A stretch of 64,000 nucleotides of DNA from Candidatus Bathyarchaeota archaeon (GTDB lineage: Archaea > Thermoproteota > Bathyarchaeia > 40CM-2-53-6): the NCBI GenBank assembly GCA_963833125.1, contig CAWHWX010000016.1, forward strand, positions 128,001 to 192,000, written 5' to 3'. Positions 60,965 through 64,000 of this stretch are shown here, piece by piece. A model generated the notes under the pieces. It searched no databases. It was not told the origin of the DNA and worked only from the letters and a program-made list of their open reading frames with translations. Every line of letters starts with the position of its first letter. Within the stretch, counting starts at the first letter, position 1. The translations under genes and the position numbers were made by a program.

Positions 60965-61729
60965 TCATGTGGACGACTCTTCACCGCCCGAGAGAATTCG
61001 GGTCACTGCAGCGTTGAGTTCCAAAAATCCAGAGTTGTCTTTTGCTGAAACAGGGATGGGTTCGGAAAGTAATCCGGTTTCGAAGATCGCGTTGGCTAGG
61101 TTTCTTGAAATTAACGAGAAATTTTCTTCTTTGATTGTCCGTAGGGATTGGTCGAAGGCGTCGGGGTCAGTTGCCCAAGATACTATCATGTCGATCTCCT
61201 GTTCAGTAATCAAATCTGCTTTGGATAAGGTTAGGATTTGAGGCTGTTGAATCCGGCTGTATACGGCAGCTGAGAGGAAAATGTTAGATGCGAAGTTGAG
61301 TGGGTATTTCGTGAAAGGTGCATCCATTAGATAAATGACTGCTTGATCGCCCTCAGCCAACTGGGTTGCAATGAATCGTCCTCCCTCTCTGAAGGCGAAT
61401 AATTCTATCTGGCCAGGTGTGTCAGCGAGGAGGATGTCCGGGTTTGCTGAGTCTATCTCTGACCGTATCTCCTCCAAATGATCTGCGAGCAGGTCAGAAG
61501 CCATGATGAGCGCTCCGTTCGGCCCAAGCCGATAGTCCAGCATCAATTTCTCTACGTCTACATATTGGCGAGCGTCGATATCGGGATTGTAAGGCAGCGC
61601 GATGGCGCCCGGGTCCAGATTCGCAACGAGGATGTCTTGGTCGGTGCTCCTAAGCCATTCTGAATACGCAGCGGCGAGGGCTGATTTTCCAGAACCAGCC
61701 ATCCCAACAAGGAATATTGTATACGTCAT
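60965..61729 (-). CDS. GPN-loop GTPase
   Basis: GMAGSGKS, NLDPG, LGPNG, DTPGQIELF and SKAD. Confidence 0.95.
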   Translation of the reverse strand: MTYTIFLVGMAGSGKSALAAAYSEWLRSTDQDILVANLDPGAIALPYNPDIDARQYVDVEKLMLDYRLGPNGALIMASDLLADHLEEIRSEIDSANPDILLADTPGQIELFAFREGGRFIATQLAEGDQAVIYLMDAPFTKYPLNFASNIFLSAAVYSRIQQPQILTLSKADLITEQEIDMIVSWATDPDAFDQSLRTIKEENFSLISRNLANAIFETGLLSEPIPVSAKDNSGFLELNAAVTRILSGGEESST

Positions 61730-61813
61730 GAGCGTGCCTGCCTGAGAATTAGCGCCGTATCAACTAGCTCCGCTGCTTCTAGATTCAGGCTTTTCCCTTT
61801 AATAGCCAAACCG

Positions 61814-63665
61814 ATGACTACGCGGACGGAGGTTAACCAGCTGGCTACTATTACCGACGTAGGTCAATTGCCAAGGTGGGATCTTTCCAATGTATATGCC
61901 GGCCTTGAGACCGATTCTCTTCGAAAAGCTATCTCCGATTTGGTCGGCCAAATTGACGCCTTGGATGAGTATCTCGATCGCTATAAAATATCCAGAACAA
62001 CCAATCCAGTTTCCAGCTACTCCCCTATCCAAGCGAAACCGCTCATCGATGGCTACTTGGATCGAACCAACAAAGCATTGCGTCTATACTCGACCATCAA
62101 CGCATACGTATCTTCATTCGTTACAACAGACTCCTACAATACGAACGCAAAGCGGCTTGAATCGGAACTCGAAATGGTCGGGGTTCGACTGCAGAAGCAA
62201 GAGGTGCGATTCAGAGGCTGGGTCGGTACAATTAAAGAAGCTTTGCCATCGGTCCTCGAAGCGAATGGAACCTGCGAAGGACCACGCGTTCTACCTACGC
62301 GAAACAGCCGAACAAAGTCGTTACCTCATGAGTGAACCCGAGGAAGCCTTAGCATCCGAGCTTGAACTGAGCGGATCAAACGCTTGGAGCAAACTCCAAG
62401 GCACTATTTGCTCTCAACTAACCGTTAATTTCGAACTCGACGGAAAGCCTCAGACAATTCCAATAACAACTCTTCAAAACTTAAGCCATCATCCCAACGC
62501 GGATGTTCGACGGCGAGCCTACGAAACCGAACTCGCTGCATGGGAAACCGCACGCGAGCCCTTGGCTGCTGCGCTCAACGGCGTGAAGGGAAGTTCAATC
62601 ACGATTGACAAACGACGCGGTCGAAAAGATGCACTCCACGATTCACTCGACACCTCAAGAATCGACCGCGAGACCCTAGACACTCTACTTTCGGTAATGC
62701 GTGAATCGTTCCCCACATTCCGGCGATATCTACAGGCCAAAGCAAAGCGACTTGGACACGATAGACTCCCGTGGTGGGAACTATTCGCACCAGTTGGGAA
62801 GAATGAGAGGAGATACACCTGGCAGGAAGCGATCAGTTTCATTCTCACCCAGTTTCGAAGTTTTGATGAACGATTAGAAAAACTCGCAAAGAAAGCGTTC
62901 GACAATCATTGGATCGACGCTGAACCACGTAACGGCAAACGTGGCGGAGCATTCTGCATGGACGTTCCTGGAGTTGAAGAATCTCGCATACTCTGTAATT
63001 TCGATGGTTCTCTCGACCAAGTTTCCACCGTGGCTCATGAGTTAGGGCACGCTTTCCACAACGAGTGTCTCTCCGGAAAACAGTTGCTGCAGCGGACCAC
63101 ACCGATGACCCTGGCGGAAACCGCTTCGATTATGGATGAAACAATCATCACTAATGCAGTACTAGCGCAAGCAGCGAATCCGGAAGAGGAATTGGCAATT
63201 CTAGAAACTTCCCTGATCGGTTCTAGTCAGGTGATCGTTGACATAACCTCACGCTTCCTATTTGAGAAGGAAGTGTTCGAAAAACGCGCGAACTCCGAAC
63301 TATCGGCAGACGATTTCTGCGAAATCATGTTGAGATGTCAAAAGGCTACCTATGCCGACGGATTAGATGAGAAGTTTCTTCACAAATACATGTGGGCTTG
63401 GAAGGTTCATTACTACATCCCCAGCTTCTCATTCTACAACTATCCTTATGCCTTCGGCTTGCTCTTCGGTACAGGCCTGTACGCAATTTACAGAGAACAA
63501 GGGCGGCAATTTGTTAAAGACTACGAGAACCTGCTAGCAAGCACAGGTGAAGCTACACCTGCAGAACTAGCTGCGAGATTCGGAATAGACATTCACAAAC
63601 CGGATTTCTGGCGTGGCAGCATGCGCGTCATCGAGGAACGGGTTCAGCGGTACATCAAACTATAG
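61814..63665 (+). CDS. pepF: M3B oligoendopeptidase F (frameshift near 62270)
   Basis: WDLS.VY, K.GGAFC, HELGHAFH, AETAS and FYNYPYAFG. Confidence 0.94.
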
Positions 63666-63674
63666 TAGCTATGC

Positions 63675-64000
63675 TTACTCATCGACCCGACCTCCTACAG
63701 TTCGCAGTTCCCTCCTCATTTCCTTCAATGCACCGCTCACCGTATGTGTGGCTCTCGTTTGACTCTTCGAGAAGGTAGAGAAGTGTAGCTCAATGTGGGG
63801 TCGACCACTCGCCTCAACGCCGCGAGGATGCGACTTGATGTAAACCCCAGCCCAGTGGCTCATTACGCGATCGATGATTGGAGCCAGTGCGGACTCCATG
63901 ATCCCACTGATCTTAATCCATTCTTCGGAGAAGATCTTCCCACCTGCCTTTGCACGTATCCTTTTCGATATTGACTTTTGGAATATTGCCTTCATCTCGG
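63675..64000 (-). CDS. C-terminus of a CinA-like/molybdopterin-binding protein (partial)
   Basis: PG.P.EMKAIF...ES.LAP...VYIKSHP motif of archaeal COG1058 proteins. Confidence 0.75.
   Translation of the reverse strand, partial: EMKAIFQKSISKRIRAKAGGKIFSEEWIKISGIMESALAPIIDRVMSHWAGVYIKSHPRGVEASGRPHIELHFSTFSKSQTRATHTVSGALKEMRRELRTVGGRVDE

Noticed and set aside
590-62300. About 14 split genes (HAD, phosphoesterase, peroxiredoxin, PINA, acyltransferase, PHP, rio1, HTH-KaiC, trmB, oxidoreductase alpha and beta, 45.4 kb ORF, smc, pepF) as pseudogenes or programmed frameshifts
   Set aside because: Single indels scattered through essential genes, with no shared slippery motif and no in-frame stops, are typical of uncorrected long-read assembly errors
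3331-63102. Numerous 60-160-aa antisense or overlapping ORFs in the six-frame track
   Set aside because: Shadow ORFs of well-supported genes, with no recognisable motifs
1-64000. CRISPR array, rRNA genes, inteins, full-length transposase or provirus
   Set aside because: No regularly spaced repeats, rRNA signatures, intein motifs or viral hallmark genes were seen

Overview
Archaeal chromosomal window. The gene set and order (aIF-2beta-DUF424-aIF-1A-Rio1-Dim2-Top6B-Top6A, smc-scpA-scpB, rps8e, srp19, GPN GTPase, BHB-intron tRNA) best fits a TACK-group archaeon such as Bathyarchaeia; this taxonomy is inference. About 14 conserved genes carry single frameshifts, most likely long-read indel errors. 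Most genes are housekeeping, plus a peptide/amino-acid fermentation cluster (aminotransferase, 2-oxoacid:ferredoxin oxidoreductase, ADP-forming acyl-CoA synthetase, hypABC) bracketed by two AbrB-PhoU paralogs. Four observations stand out. (1) Two unlinked islets (~6.9-7.75 kb and ~51.1-52.26 kb) share one architecture: the same 3'-terminal DDE-transposase remnant, paralogous small membrane cargo genes, and a co-oriented ~22-nt terminal motif (CCACCAAACGAAA core). This suggests an undescribed cargo-carrying mobile cassette system. (2) A tRNA-Asn(GUU) has three BHB-type introns, at 8/9, 30/31 and 37/38. (3) There is a Ribophorin I (RPN1/OST1)-like protein. (4) There is a CBS+HPF-like ribosome hibernation factor. 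All calls come from reading motifs by eye; no database search was run.
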